A DNA stretch of 32,803 nucleotides from a virus (IMGVR_UViG_2617270990_000007), one strand, 5' to 3'; shown: positions 1 to 10,984, numbered from the stretch's first letter. A program made the numbers and translations. Notes: a model not told the origin generated them from the sequence alone.

Positions 1-23
1 TGGAGAGTGTTTTATCTGTGAAC

Positions 24-914
24 TCAGGCTGCCAGATCATCGTTTCCGATGGAAGCATAATAAGCTTTTTCTGCTTCTGCCGGAGGAGTATGGCCCAGCC
101 TTCCCAGCAATCGTCGATTGTTATACCAGTCCACCCACGTTAGTGTGGCCAGTTCCACTTCTGCACGGTTTTTCCAGCTCTTACGGTGTATTACCTCCGC
201 TTTGTAAAGACCATTGATGCTCTCAGCCATCGCGTTGTCATACGAGTCGCCTGTACTCCCTGTTGATGCCAGTAATCCGGCTTCTTTTAGTCGCTCCGTA
301 TAGGCCAGTGACACATACTGAGAGCCTTTATCGCTGTGATGGATGGTGCCAGACGGACGACGGGCCCACAACGCCTGCTCCAGCGCATCCAGCACGAATG
401 TCGTTTCCATAGACGATGAGACCCGCCACCCCACGATGTATCCGGCAAACACATCAATGATAAACGCCACATAGACGAAGCCCTGCCATGTGCTGACGTA
501 AGTAAAATCAGCCACCCACAGCTGGTCAGGTCGTTCTGCCACGAACTGACGGTTTACGCGGTCGCCTGCGGCAACGGCTTTCCGGCTGATGGTCGTACGG
601 ACCTTTTTACCCCGGAGAACACCGGCAAGTCCCATAACCGCCATGAGACGTGCCACTGTACATCTGGCCACCCTGATTCCTTCCCGTAACAACTGACGCC
701 AGACTTTACGCACACCGTACACCTGATGATTTTCATCGTATACGCGCTGTATCTCTCTCTTCAGCCAGTCGTCGTGCTGCGCACGGGCACTGCGTTTATC
801 CGGATGATGTCGCTGTTGCTGACAATGGTAATACGTTGACGGGGCAATATGCAGTTCGCTGCATACCGGTCCGACCCCGTACTGCTCACGCAGCTTATCC
901 AGCAGTGGCATCAT
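24..914 (-). CDS. IS3-family transposase OrfB (DDE catalytic domain)
   Basis: 296-aa ORF; translation matches my memory of IS629/IS3-group OrfB (…WVADFTYV…HSDKGSQY…[11 protein letters not shown]…). Overlaps OrfA by 4 nt in the -1 frame. Confidence 0.9.
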   Translation of the reverse strand: MMPLLDKLREQYGVGPVCSELHIAPSTYYHCQQQRHHPDKRSARAQHDDWLKREIQRVYDENHQVYGVRKVWRQLLREGIRVARCTVARLMAVMGLAGVLRGKKVRTTISRKAVAAGDRVNRQFVAERPDQLWVADFTYVSTWQGFVYVAFIIDVFAGYIVGWRVSSSMETTFVLDALEQALWARRPSGTIHHSDKGSQYVSLAYTERLKEAGLLASTGSTGDSYDNAMAESINGLYKAEVIHRKSWKNRAEVELATLTWVDWYNNRRLLGRLGHTPPAEAEKAYYASIGNDDLAA

Positions 915-1237
915 TTTTTCCAGAGGCGGTCGAACTCCGCCTTCGCAAAATAAGCGGAAGCCTGGCGAAGGATATCGTTACTGCGGCGCAGTTCACGATT
1001 TTCACGTTCCAGCTCTTTCAGACGCTGACGTTCAGCGCTGGTGAGCCCACCATCACCGCCCCCGGTATCCCGCTCATGCTGGCGAACCCAGACACGCAGA
1101 GTCTCCGGCGTACAGCCAATCTTTGGGGCAATGGAACAAATTGCCGCCCACTGTGAGTCATATTCATCCTGACTTTCCAGAACCATACGAATCGCCCGCT
1201 GACGGACTTCGGGGGAAAAACGAGTATTTTTAGTCAT
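911..1237 (-). CDS. IS3-family transposase OrfA (HTH DNA-binding, leucine-zipper region)
   Basis: 108-aa [25 protein letters not shown]…; an A6 run at the OrfA/OrfB overlap is consistent with programmed -1 frameshifting. Confidence 0.9.
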   Translation of the reverse strand: MTKNTRFSPEVRQRAIRMVLESQDEYDSQWAAICSIAPKIGCTPETLRVWVRQHERDTGGGDGGLTSAERQRLKELERENRELRRSNDILRQASAYFAKAEFDRLWKK

Positions 1238-1562
1238 CCTGTTTACCTCTTTCTCAGGGAGTTTAGTCTCCAGGATTTCCGGGGCGGTTCACTATGCTGT
1301 GTGCGTTGAAAATGGAAATCTTGTTAGTCATTACCGCATTATGTGTTTGCGAAAGAATGGGGCTGCGTTAATTAATTTTGTGGATGGTCGAGTGACAGAC
1401 GGATTTATCTTGCGCGAAGGTGAGTTTGTCACTTCATTACAGGCACTGAAAGAGATCGGAATAAAAGCAGGCTTTTCAGCTTTTGCAGAAGAATAAACTC
1501 ATCTACAATCTTGCGCGGGGCTGAACTCCCGCTGAGTAACACCGTGCCACCGGAGAAAACCG

Positions 1563-1841
1563 ATGGCACGCAACGTAAAATATTACAATTCTGATAATTC
1601 GCCCGTTCTTGCCTGCACGCACGAGCGGTATTCTCACGCATTCAAGTCTGAATGGTTCCAGCACCCTCCATGCACTGAAGAGCAGGCTGAATGGATAATT
1701 CAGTGTTACCGCAGGCGCGGATACGAGGTTAAGAAAGCTCTTAGTCTCGACTACCGTCACTGGATAATCTCAGTCAGATTGCCTTACTCCGAACGCCCAC
1801 CGCGTCCGTCCCGTACATTCCAGCAACGCATCTGGAGGTAA
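1563..1841 (+). CDS. hypothetical lambdoid-prophage protein (92 aa)
   Basis: ORF ending 1 nt before the GTG start of the next gene (compact operon arrangement); no motif recognised. Confidence 0.4.
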   Translation: MARNVKYYNSDNSPVLACTHERYSHAFKSEWFQHPPCTEEQAEWIIQCYRRRGYEVKKALSLDYRHWIISVRLPYSERPPRPSRTFQQRIWR

Positions 1842-1842
1842 C

Positions 1843-2892
1843 GTGCGGGTATTACTTCGACCTGTTCTGGTACCGGAACTCGGGCTGGTGGTCGTTAAGC
1901 CGGGCCGTGAATCCATGCCGGTATTCCACAATACCCGGGTACTGGTGGAGCCGGAACCGAAAAGCATGCGTAATCTGCCGTCCGGGGTCGTTCCTGCCGT
2001 TCGCCAGCCGCTGGTGGAAGACAAAACATTGCTGCCGTTTTTCAGTAACGCACGGGTAATTCGTGCTGCTGGTGGTGCTGGTGCATTGTCTGACTGGCTG
2101 TTGCGCCATATTAAATCCTGCCAGTGGCCACACGGCGATTATCATCACAGCGAAACCGTTATTCACCGTTATGGTACCGGCGCAATGGTGTTGTGCTGGC
2201 ACTGCGACAACCAGCTGCGTGACCAGACATCCGAATCACTCGAGCAACTTGCTCATCAAAACCTGTCAGCATGGATGATTGACGTCATCGGTCACGCAAT
2301 AAGCGGTACGCAGGAGCGTGAATTATCTCTGGCTGAATTATCCTGGTGGGCGGTCCGCAATCAGGTGGCGGACGCGCTACCGGAAGTGGTATTACGTCGC
2401 TCGCTGGGATTACCAGCGGAAAAAAACTGCTCGGTGTACCGCGAAAGCGACATCGTACCGGGAGAGCAGACCGCCACCAGCATATTGAAACAGCGCACAA
2501 AAAATCTTGCACCGTTGCCTCACGCCCACCAGCAACAAAACCCATCACAGGAAAAGACGGTGGTAAGCATCACCGTTGATCCAGAGTCTCCGGAATCTTT
2601 CATGAAGCTGCCTAAACGTCACCGTTGGGTTAAGGAGAAATACACACGCTGGGTTAAGACACAGCCGTGTGCTTGCTGCGGTATGCCAGCCGACGATCCG
2701 CATCATCTGATTGGTCACGGGCAGGGCGGAATGGGAACCAAAGCACATGATCTCTTTGTGTTGCCTTTGTGCAGAAAGCATCACGACGAGTTGCATACGG
2801 ATACCGTGGCATTTGAAGAGAAGTATGGCTCCCAACTGGAGCTGATTTTTCGATTTATCGATCGCGCGCTGGCAATTGGTGTGCTGGCCTAA
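1843..2892 (+). CDS. YdfU/DUF968-like prophage protein with C-terminal Cys/His cluster
   Basis: 349-aa ORF (GTG start); C-terminal CACCG…HH…GHGQGG…CRKHHDELH resembles the Qin-prophage YdfU family from memory. Confidence 0.55.
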   Translation: MRVLLRPVLVPELGLVVVKPGRESMPVFHNTRVLVEPEPKSMRNLPSGVVPAVRQPLVEDKTLLPFFSNARVIRAAGGAGALSDWLLRHIKSCQWPHGDYHHSETVIHRYGTGAMVLCWHCDNQLRDQTSESLEQLAHQNLSAWMIDVIGHAISGTQERELSLAELSWWAVRNQVADALPEVVLRRSLGLPAEKNCSVYRESDIVPGEQTATSILKQRTKNLAPLPHAHQQQNPSQEKTVVSITVDPESPESFMKLPKRHRWVKEKYTRWVKTQPCACCGMPADDPHHLIGHGQGGMGTKAHDLFVLPLCRKHHDELHTDTVAFEEKYGSQLELIFRFIDRALAIGVLA

Positions 2893-2894
2893 TT

Positions 2895-3287
2895 TTGTGG
2901 AGTAAGTTGATGCGTGATATTCAGATGGTTCTTGAGCGTTGGGGGGCATGGGCGGCTAATAATCATGAAGATGTGACCTGGTCGTCCATTGCCGCCGGTT
3001 TTAAGGGATTAATTCCTTCAAAAGTAAGATCTCGTCCGCAATGCTGTGACGATGACGCGATGATCATTTGTGAATGTATGGCTCGCCTGAAAAAAAACAA
3101 CAGCGATTTACATGATTTATTGGTGGACTATTATGTCGGCGGCATGACTTTTATGGCGCTTGCACGTAAGCATGGGCGATCTGATTGTTGGGTTGGCAGG
3201 ATGCTCCAGAAAGCTGAGGGCGTAGTGGAGGGCATGCTGATGGTGTTGGATCTCCGATTGGAGATGGATGCTGATTGTTCGAAATAA
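2895..3287 (+). CDS. late-gene antiterminator Q (phage 82 / QuuD type)
   Basis: Translation …[39 protein letters not shown]…[11 protein letters not shown]…[10 protein letters not shown]… matches the ~127-aa Q antiterminator family; true start probably the internal ATG giving MRDIQMV. Confidence 0.7.
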   Translation: MWSKLMRDIQMVLERWGAWAANNHEDVTWSSIAAGFKGLIPSKVRSRPQCCDDDAMIICECMARLKKNNSDLHDLLVDYYVGGMTFMALARKHGRSDCWVGRMLQKAEGVVEGMLMVLDLRLEMDADCSK

Positions 3288-3299
3288 TTAAAGGAAAAG

Positions 3300-3328
3300 T
3301 TGCTGTCTGATTTTCATTAGTCTAACAT
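3300..3328 (+). promoter_or_regulatory. candidate pR'-like late promoter (TTGCTG - 17 nt - TAACAT)
   Basis: -35/-10-like hexamers with 17-nt spacing, 13 bp downstream of the Q stop; position matches lambdoid pR'. Confidence 0.35.
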
Positions 3329-3377
3329 TTTAAATGTTGGAATCGCAACGTAGTTATTATCATATAACAGCTTGTTT

Positions 3378-3405
3378 CCTGATTTAGCCAGCCTCCCCAA
3401 AGGCT
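3378..3405 (+). terminator. intrinsic terminator, candidate tR' (target of Q antitermination)
   Basis: Stem CCAGCC / GGCTGG with 8-nt loop followed by a T7 run, about 50 nt downstream of the putative pR'. Confidence 0.55.
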
Positions 3406-3442
3406 GGTTTTTTTCTAATAAGTATCATTTCGGGTGGGGATT

Positions 3443-3967
3443 TTATTGTTTAACCCATAATAGTTCATTGACATTGAATCCCAACTTTTGAGCGGTACGC
3501 ACATAGTCTGCTTTTACATTATCTGGAATAGTTTGGGTCCTTGCCAGAATCCATAGGTATTCTCTGTTCGGACCACTGACAAGAGCATACTTATACTCAT
3601 CATCCAGTTTGATTACATTATAGCCACCATAGAAGGGGCCAAAAAACGAAACTTTCAACGCTGCAGTTTTAGTATCTCCAGTAAAGTATGCTTTACCTTC
3701 GCTCTCGCTCCATTTGTTTTTCGTTGGATCGTATCCACGGTTAAGTACGCGAATCCCTCCGTCGTTCCGTTTTTCATAAGTAGCGCTGACCTGTTCCAGA
3801 CCACGTTCGAACCAGTTCTCGAGGCGAGCTATTTCATACCATTTTCCGAGGTAGCGGTTGGCGTCAAAATTTGTAATCGGCTGCACACCTTTAGGTGGTG
3901 TCGGGGCCTTACATGCTATAAGAGTGAAAGAGAGTGCAATGCCAGTCAACACAGGCCATAACTTCAT
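3443..3967 (-). CDS. lipocalin-family outer-membrane lipoprotein (Blc-like)
   Basis: 174 aa; lipoprotein signal with lipobox LIAC; strong similarity by eye to E. coli Blc (…NFDANRYLGKWYEIARL…FERGLE…KVSFFGPFYGGYNVI…YLWILART…). Confidence 0.8.
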   Translation of the reverse strand: MKLWPVLTGIALSFTLIACKAPTPPKGVQPITNFDANRYLGKWYEIARLENWFERGLEQVSATYEKRNDGGIRVLNRGYDPTKNKWSESEGKAYFTGDTKTAALKVSFFGPFYGGYNVIKLDDEYKYALVSGPNREYLWILARTQTIPDNVKADYVRTAQKLGFNVNELLWVKQ

Positions 3968-4159
3968 AATAAATCCTGTACTTTTGATAGTTGAGAGTAA
4001 GTATGAAAGATAGATGAGTACGACCGATCACTTAAAGAACTTTCCTACTATATTAGGAATAGTCAATAACAGAAAAATTGTCAGTGATGAAGCCAGAAAG
4101 GCAATTTAGTCCGTGCACTACAAAGTTTATGTGTTAATGAATTAGTCAAGGGGGAGGAA

Positions 4160-5119
4160 ATGATAAAAAAACCTGTGATTGGGATCAGCGGTTGTTTGGG
4201 CGGTTCTGCTGTTCGTTTTGATGGTGGTCACAAAAGAGATGACTTTTTAATGGACAAATTAGTGGAATGGGTAACATTCAGACCAGTATGTCCGGAAATG
4301 GCTATAGGGCTGCCAGTTCCGCGTCCTGCTCTACGACTTGTGCGCTCGAAGCAAGGAAATATACGGATGTGTTTCAGCCACGACCAGAATGAGGATGTGA
4401 CAGAGAGAATGACAGAGTTTAGTCGTTCTTATATGGACAAATTAAAGGATGTATCGGGGTTTGTGGTTTGTGCTAAATCTCCCAGCTGTGGCATGGAGCG
4501 CGTGCGTGTCTATGATGAAAATGGTAATCGAGGTCGTAAAGATGGAGTGGGACTATTTACGAGCACTTTGATGGAAAAGTTTTCCTGGCTACCGGTTGAA
4601 GAGGATGGGCGATTACATGATCCAGTGCTTCGTGAGAATTTTATTGAAAGAGTTTTTGCTTTGCATGAGCTCAATCACCTTTACAAGGAGAAATTATCAA
4701 GAAGAGAGTTATTAGCTTTTCATAGTCGTTATAAGCTTCAGTTGTTGGCGCATAGCCAGGCAGGCTATAAAGATATGGGACCATTTGTGGCTGCAATACA
4801 CGAGTGGGCGGACCTTGAATCATACTTTGAGGTGTATCGTGATAATCTGATGGCGATTCTCAGAAAACCAGCATCACGTAAAAATCACACGAATGTGCTG
4901 ATGCATATACAGGGGTATTTTAGTAATTACTTAAGTACACGCCAGCGTAAAGAGTTGAGCGAGGTTATACTTAACTATCGCTTTGGCACATTGCCTCTTC
5001 TTGCGCCGTTGACTCTGCTGAAGCATTATCTGGGTGAGTATCCTAATGATTACTTGCTTACACAGAATTACTTCGATCCCTATCCGGAAGAACTGGCTCT
5101 AAGACTGATGGTGAATTAA
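4160..5119 (+). CDS. DUF523/DUF1722 fusion protein (TudS/YbgA-like)
   Basis: 319-aa ORF with SD GGGGGAGG upstream; N-terminal Cys-containing region and C-terminal YbgA-like region recognised from memory only. Confidence 0.55.
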   Translation: MIKKPVIGISGCLGGSAVRFDGGHKRDDFLMDKLVEWVTFRPVCPEMAIGLPVPRPALRLVRSKQGNIRMCFSHDQNEDVTERMTEFSRSYMDKLKDVSGFVVCAKSPSCGMERVRVYDENGNRGRKDGVGLFTSTLMEKFSWLPVEEDGRLHDPVLRENFIERVFALHELNHLYKEKLSRRELLAFHSRYKLQLLAHSQAGYKDMGPFVAAIHEWADLESYFEVYRDNLMAILRKPASRKNHTNVLMHIQGYFSNYLSTRQRKELSEVILNYRFGTLPLLAPLTLLKHYLGEYPNDYLLTQNYFDPYPEELALRLMVN

Positions 5120-5516
5120 CTGTATGCGATATCATCTGAAAGTGATGAGTTCCTGTATGCAGGATATTTACAATCGTAAAAACTACGCTATGATGCTCAT
5201 AGTGTCAGTTTTTATAAAAATCCTGTTCACGCTAAAGAAAACATTGAGATGCAATTTAATGTTGGTAAACATACCAGCCCCAAAAGATTTTATTCAATCT
5301 GTTTTTATATGAAGATATTTCAAGTGAATATAAAGAGCATATAATATTATTATTGCACGCAGCTATTATAATATAACAGATTAGTTTAATGATTTGTTTT
5401 TTGTGAGTTAAACACATGGTTTTATAGTTGTGATGCAATGAGATTTTCCTTATTGTTGAACTGGCGAATATTGATTTTCCACCTATACTTACCTGGTGTA
5501 ACCCCAATGATATCAG

Positions 5517-6239
5517 GTGGATAATATGCCATACATATGTTCTATCATTTTGGTGTTGAACTCGTTTGGTGTCCGAATTGGTAAAGAAGATATTTTGTTT
5601 AAAAAAGGAAATGCTGTCCTCATTGAATACAATTTAAAAGATCTTTTTTCGTCAAATACAGATCATCTAATGATCGTAGATATTGAGGAGAAAACAGTTA
5701 ATGATTTCTTTAAAAACTACACACTCTCACCTTTTTCTGTAAGAAGGTTTTATCCGTCATACTTGATAGTAGAATGTGAAGATTTTTCATTGTTAAGGAA
5801 CTTGGTTGCATGCTTGAATTGTGATAGCAAAACCGTGGATGTAGTTAGAAATCAAATATCACTTGCATGTCTTGCTGTCTTATCTTCAGAGAAAATAGTG
5901 CAAAGTTTTTTGTTCGGAAGTCTTAATAGCTTAGGTTGTAAAGTTAAGGCTATTATTCACTCGGATATCTCAGCGTCATGGAGACTTTGTGATATATCTT
6001 CAAGATTATATATGAGCGAGAGTTTGTTAAAAAGAAAATTAAAAGACGAAGGATTATCGTTTAGTAAATTAATTCTTGAAGAACGAATGATGATGGCGCA
6101 AAGATTATTGATCTACAGTAACCATACTGTCGGCAAGGTGGCGGGAATATGCGGGTATGACAATGCATCATATTTTGTAAGTGTTTTTAGAGGATATTTT
6201 GGTGTGCCTCCGCACCAATATTTATCAAGATTTTCTTAG
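5517..6239 (+). CDS. AraC/XylS-family transcriptional regulator
   Basis: 240 aa, very AT-rich; C-terminal AraC-type HTH signature (…ASYFVSVFRGYFGVPPHQY…). Confidence 0.75.
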   Translation: MDNMPYICSIILVLNSFGVRIGKEDILFKKGNAVLIEYNLKDLFSSNTDHLMIVDIEEKTVNDFFKNYTLSPFSVRRFYPSYLIVECEDFSLLRNLVACLNCDSKTVDVVRNQISLACLAVLSSEKIVQSFLFGSLNSLGCKVKAIIHSDISASWRLCDISSRLYMSESLLKRKLKDEGLSFSKLILEERMMMAQRLLIYSNHTVGKVAGICGYDNASYFVSVFRGYFGVPPHQYLSRFS

Positions 6240-6429
6240 AAGATATGATGTGATGGCATTTTATAAAGTTATTTTTTGAAGTGTAAGATTATACGATATT
6301 TTTAGCTACGCCAGAATAATTGCTGGCGTTTTTCTTTTTGAATAGATGTTCGGGCCTTACGCTAATGTAACTTCTTTCCTTCTTCGAACCAAACCGTGTA
6401 CACCATCCGTTATCTGCGGAGGTGAGGCT

Positions 6430-6645
6430 ATGAAATCCATGGATAAGTTAACAACGGGCATCGCCTACAGCACCTCTGCAGGCAGTGCTGGCTACTGGTT
6501 TTTACAGTTGCTCGATAAAGTCACGCCCTCACAGTGGGCGGCAATAGGTGTATTGGGTAGTCTGGTATTTGGCATGCTGACGTATCTGACAAACCTTTAT
6601 TTCAAGATTAAAGAAGACAGGCGTAAGGTTGCGAGAAGAGAGTAA
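6430..6645 (+). CDS. lambdoid holin (EssD/S-like)
   Basis: 71 aa from ATG at 6430 ([31 protein letters not shown]…), SD GGAGGTGAGG upstream; closely resembles DLP12 EssD. Confidence 0.8.
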   Translation: MKSMDKLTTGIAYSTSAGSAGYWFLQLLDKVTPSQWAAIGVLGSLVFGMLTYLTNLYFKIKEDRRKVARRE

Positions 6646-6649
6646 TCCA

Positions 6650-7201
6650 ATGACTCAAGACTATGAACTGGTTGTGAAAGGAGTTCGCAATTTTGAGAAT
6701 AAAGTGGCGGTAACTGTAGCCTTACGGGACAAAAAACACTTTGACGGTGAAATTTTTGACCTGGACATCTCGCTGGACCGTGTTGAAGGTGCCGCGCTGG
6801 AGTTTTATGAGGCAGCAGCCAGAAGGAGCATCAGACAGGTCTTCCTGGATGTTGCTGCCGGGTTATGTGAAGGGGATGAGCAGTCGCCGGAAAAGCGCCC
6901 CATAATTTTAGAGGCGCAGAATGTGTGGATAACCTACAAAGGAAAGCTACCGGGAAGAATTACTGGTTCTCTGAAGACGCCACCGACGGCATTGCGGTCA
7001 GAAAAAGATGATATTGAATCGCCCATTGAAAAACTGGAGGGCAGCGTCGCTGATCTGAATAAAAAATTGTCGGTGCTGATTCCTTCTGAAGATGAAAAAA
7101 AACGCCGCGATGAGCAGTTTGCGGCGTTTTACGATTATTGCATTGAAGTTACTCGCAGGAATTTTGTGAAGATTTTTGAGGAGGGTAAATCTCTTCAGTA
7201 A
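6650..7201 (+). CDS. hypothetical protein (183 aa) within the lysis cassette
   Basis: ORF between holin and endolysin; start taken at the ATG giving MTQDYELVVKG; no recognised motif. Confidence 0.45.
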   Translation: MTQDYELVVKGVRNFENKVAVTVALRDKKHFDGEIFDLDISLDRVEGAALEFYEAAARRSIRQVFLDVAAGLCEGDEQSPEKRPIILEAQNVWITYKGKLPGRITGSLKTPPTALRSEKDDIESPIEKLEGSVADLNKKLSVLIPSEDEKKRRDEQFAAFYDYCIEVTRRNFVKIFEEGKSLQ

Positions 7202-7409
7202 GCTTATTGGCGGACGCTGCAATTAATTCAGGAAGGTCCGCAAGGTCATCTGTCAGTGGATATGATGAAAAATCGGCGGCAGTTCTGTTAAGAAGCGCTT
7301 TAACTAATTCCTTTTCCTTCTCCGGCAACAAGTTGATTAGAGCTACGACTGCTTGCCTGAGTGCGATTAAATCAGCAAAAGTTTGTTTAGGTAGATTTGT
7401 GTAATCCAT
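7149..7409 (-). CDS. hypothetical small protein (86 aa), antisense to the lysis cassette
   Basis: ORF with AGAGG SD-like sequence about 6 nt upstream of its ATG; overlaps the 3' end of the preceding gene. Confidence 0.3.
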   Translation of the reverse strand: MDYTNLPKQTFADLIALRQAVVALINLLPEKEKELVKALLNRTAADFSSYPLTDDLADLPELIAASANKLTEEIYPPQKSSQNSCE

Positions 7410-7522
7410 AGTCGCCTCTGTGTTTATCAGATTGACATCCTCCTCCCGCCAGTGCCCATCACTGGTGAGGTAAGATTTAACATATCCGGGGATTTGAAGC
7501 CGATAAATCCTGATAAATATCC

Positions 7523-8550
<1,028 letters not shown>

Positions 8551-8910
8551 ATTAATATTAAATCGGATTATTTTTAGCGCTGAATGTGAAATTTAAATAA
8601 AAAGGACTCTTCCATGAGTCAAAATCCTTGAAATCTTAAGGGTAAGATAAAAGGTCATTAGACAGAATGACACGTTTTATTAATAAATAAAGCTATTGTT
8701 TCATTCGTGTGTTTTTCTTTACAAAAGTAATCCTTGCTATGGTTGGTTAATCATGCGTTAATGGTGTTCTGGTTTGTTACAAAATTATCTGAAGCAGTCA
8801 TTGTTATAATTTTATTATTTGTACCTCTTGAGATTTCCTTGTTGGTTTTTCTCTCTGATATTTTTTTTCGGACCATTCTGCCCAAGGGCTAACTTCTTCA
8901 AAAGGTAATA

Positions 8911-9126
8911 ATGATGTCTAACAAAATGACTGGTTTAGTGAAATGGTTTAACCCTGAAAAAGGTTTTGGTTTCATCACGCCGAAAGATGGTAGCAAAGAT
9001 GTGTTTGTCCATTTCTCAGCTATTCAGAGCAACGATTTCAAAACGTTAACTGAGAATCAGGAAGTCGAATTTGGTATTGAGAACGGACCTAAAGGCCCCG
9101 CGGCTGTTCATGTTGTGGCACTTTGA
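8911..9126 (+). CDS. cold-shock protein (CspA family, CspB/CspI-like)
   Basis: [13 protein letters not shown]…KGFGFI…[10 protein letters not shown]… canonical cold-shock domain; long AT-rich 5' leader upstream. Confidence 0.9.
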   Translation: MMSNKMTGLVKWFNPEKGFGFITPKDGSKDVFVHFSAIQSNDFKTLTENQEVEFGIENGPKGPAAVHVVAL

Positions 9127-9325
9127 GGTAGAAAATATTACAAACCATATTCACTTTAGATGCCCGTGTTGCCATGGTTCTCAGTATAGAACATCATCTT
9201 TTGATGTTTCTGACAGGAATCCTTTCGGGGCAAAATGTATCTTTTGTAAATCAATGATGATTACATTTGATAATATTTCACAATACTTAAATGTTAGCCG
9301 TCTATCGTTAGATTTAAGAAAGTGA
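9109..9325 (+). CDS. hypothetical Cys-rich small protein (about 72 aa)
   Basis: ORF from ATG at 9109 overlapping the csp stop; CPCC…CIFC spacing suggests a zinc-ribbon. Confidence 0.3.
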
Positions 9326-9369
9326 AAATGAAGGCTCCATCGGGGGCGTTGGTAGCCCTTTGATATACG

Positions 9370-9458
9370 GGCTTTCAGCGGTGTAATGCGGGTTTGAGCA
9401 CCACATAAAGCCACTGAAAGCCGCTATAAATCACCCGAGTGTGGACACTGTGTGGACG
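9370..9458. other. candidate attL of the P2-like prophage (core region plus Int arm-type direct repeats)
   Basis: Two direct repeats GTGTGGAC (9439..9446, 9450..9457) at the int 3' end resemble the P2 Int arm-site consensus as I recall it; 11-bp inverted repeat GGCTTTCAGCG / CACTGAAAGCC (9370..9380, 9412..9422) just outside int. Confidence 0.4.
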
Positions 9459-10444
9459 TTTTCGGGTTCAATGCCGCCCTTTAACGGATTGAGTGTTACG
9501 GCATCTTGTAAATACTCTGGCGCGAAGTGCGCGTAGACCATTGTCTGCTCTATGCGCGCGTGACCGAGTATCCTTTGTAGCGTGATAATGCTTCCTCCGT
9601 TAATCATGAAATGCGTAGCAAAACTGTGCCGTAGAGCATGGGTTGCCTGTCCTGCTGGCAGGTCGGGCTTTACCTCTTTCAGTACCTGCCGGAACAACGT
9701 GTAATCGGCATTCGGGAACAGGAAGCCGCGCTTCACGCTGGTGAGTATTTCACATACTTCTGCCGATACTGGCACCGTTCGGGGTTTGTTCGTTTTGGTT
9801 TTAACAAACGTCACCCGATTATGGATGATGTGCTCGGCTTTCAGTTTTGCCGCTTCACCCCACCTAGCGCCCGTGCTTAGGCAAAGAACCGCTATTTTTT
9901 TATTGTCACCATCGAGCCGCGAGAAAAGGGCGGTAATTTCCTCGTTGGTTAAATAGCCCGTTTCGGGCTTCTCCTCTTTGAGTCGTTTACGTCCTCTTAT
10001 CGGGTGTTCGCCATGGTATAGCTCGGCCTCAATCAGAGCGGTAAACATTCCGCTGATGCATGTCAGATCCCGATTGATGGTAGATGGCTTAACGCCTTCA
10101 CCTCGCCGAGCTGCAACATACTGGCTAATTACCGTCTTTGTAATCTGAAACGCGCACGGATCACCGGTTATCGCCGCGAATTTCTCGACCTTTCCCCGAT
10201 TGTACTTTCCCCATTCCTCGTGCTTTGCCTTGAGTTCCCACCAGATTTGAATCAATTCGGAAAGTTGCCTTTTATCGGTCGGCTTCGCTAACCAATCCTT
10301 GTTGTGGTGGTTGTATTGCGTGTGCTTCTCAAAGGCCACTGCCTCACTTTTCTTGTCAAACTTCCTGCGGATGCGTTTTCCGTTGCGTCCGCTAGGTCTA
10401 ATGTCCACTTCATAACGACCATCATCGAGTTTCTTAATTGTCAT
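9431..10444 (-). CDS. int: P2-like tyrosine integrase
   Basis: 337 aa; C-terminal catalytic region with R…HALRHSFATH…LGH…Y motif typical of tyrosine recombinases; adjacent to C and cox in P2 order. Confidence 0.9.
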   Translation of the reverse strand: MTIKKLDDGRYEVDIRPSGRNGKRIRRKFDKKSEAVAFEKHTQYNHHNKDWLAKPTDKRQLSELIQIWWELKAKHEEWGKYNRGKVEKFAAITGDPCAFQITKTVISQYVAARRGEGVKPSTINRDLTCISGMFTALIEAELYHGEHPIRGRKRLKEEKPETGYLTNEEITALFSRLDGDNKKIAVLCLSTGARWGEAAKLKAEHIIHNRVTFVKTKTNKPRTVPVSAEVCEILTSVKRGFLFPNADYTLFRQVLKEVKPDLPAGQATHALRHSFATHFMINGGSIITLQRILGHARIEQTMVYAHFAPEYLQDAVTLNPLKGGIEPENVHTVSTLG

Positions 10445-10589
10445 AAGACCCCCGGACGAATGGCGATAAGTTGCTTTTTCTTTGCTGCTGTTACTTTGGC
10501 TTTGCGCGTATCTCCAGCAAATTTGTTGTATTTGTCATACTTAGCAACAAGTAAACAAATTTTGTAATAAATATACGCACGGTGAATAG

Positions 10590-10889
10590 TTAACCAGTCT
10601 TTTGGTCTGAGTGCTGCGATGTTGTTACATCTTGCCCAAAGTGTGCGAGTGCCGGTGCAATCTGACCGGCTTCAGGAGCAATTTGATCGGTCATAAACCA
10701 CAGGGTGTATTTACTAAATCTGGGGTGCTGTAGCATTTTCATTATGGCTTCTACGCCGGGACTTTTAACTCCAGATTCGTAGCCCCCCAACGTGCTATAG
10801 GCAATGCCCGTTAACTCGCTGAATTGCCTCTTGTTTAACCTTTCTGATTCACGGATGAGTTTTATCTTTTCAAATATCGGGGTTGACAT
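10590..10889 (-). CDS. C: P2-type immunity repressor C
   Basis: 99 aa; …KYTLWFMTDQIAPEAGQIAPALAHFGQ… matches P2 C from memory; divergent from cox. Confidence 0.85.
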   Translation of the reverse strand: MSTPIFEKIKLIRESERLNKRQFSELTGIAYSTLGGYESGVKSPGVEAIMKMLQHPRFSKYTLWFMTDQIAPEAGQIAPALAHFGQDVTTSQHSDQKTG

Positions 10890-10949
10890 AGTTACTCCTA
10901 TCTAAGAATATTGACTCGAAAGGGTGTGTTTAACCCCTTTCTGGTTATT

Positions 10950-10984
10950 CATTCAGAGCAATTAAAGCCCATTAAGAGCAATTA
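10950..10984. promoter_or_regulatory. candidate C-repressor operator in the Pc/Pe switch region
   Basis: Direct repeats CATTCAGAGCAATTA and CATTAAGAGCAATTA, 20 bp centre to centre, in the C-cox intergenic region. Confidence 0.5.

Larger units (their letters stand above)
1..1291 (-). mobile_element. IS3-family insertion sequence, IS629-like, copy 1 (the orfB-distal terminal ~19 bp lie outside the window)
   Basis: Two overlapping minus-strand ORFs with IS3-family OrfA/OrfB architecture. Left terminus at 1291 reads (reverse complement) TGAACCGCCCCGGAAATCCTGGAGA, an imperfect inverted repeat of the copy-2 terminus TGAACCGCCCCGGGTTTCCTGGAGA at 31499. Length inferred from copy-2 offset is 1310 bp, matching IS629 as I recall it. 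Confidence 0.9.

Noticed and set aside
836-1156. 106-aa plus-strand ORF inside the IS element
   Set aside because: Antisense to and wholly inside the transposase OrfA/OrfB region; identical artefact in copy 2 (32353..32673).
1299-1496. Possible Hok-like toxin or remnant gene just after the IS
   Set aside because: Neither reading frame gives a convincing Hok-type signature; treated as an unassigned remnant next to the IS insertion.
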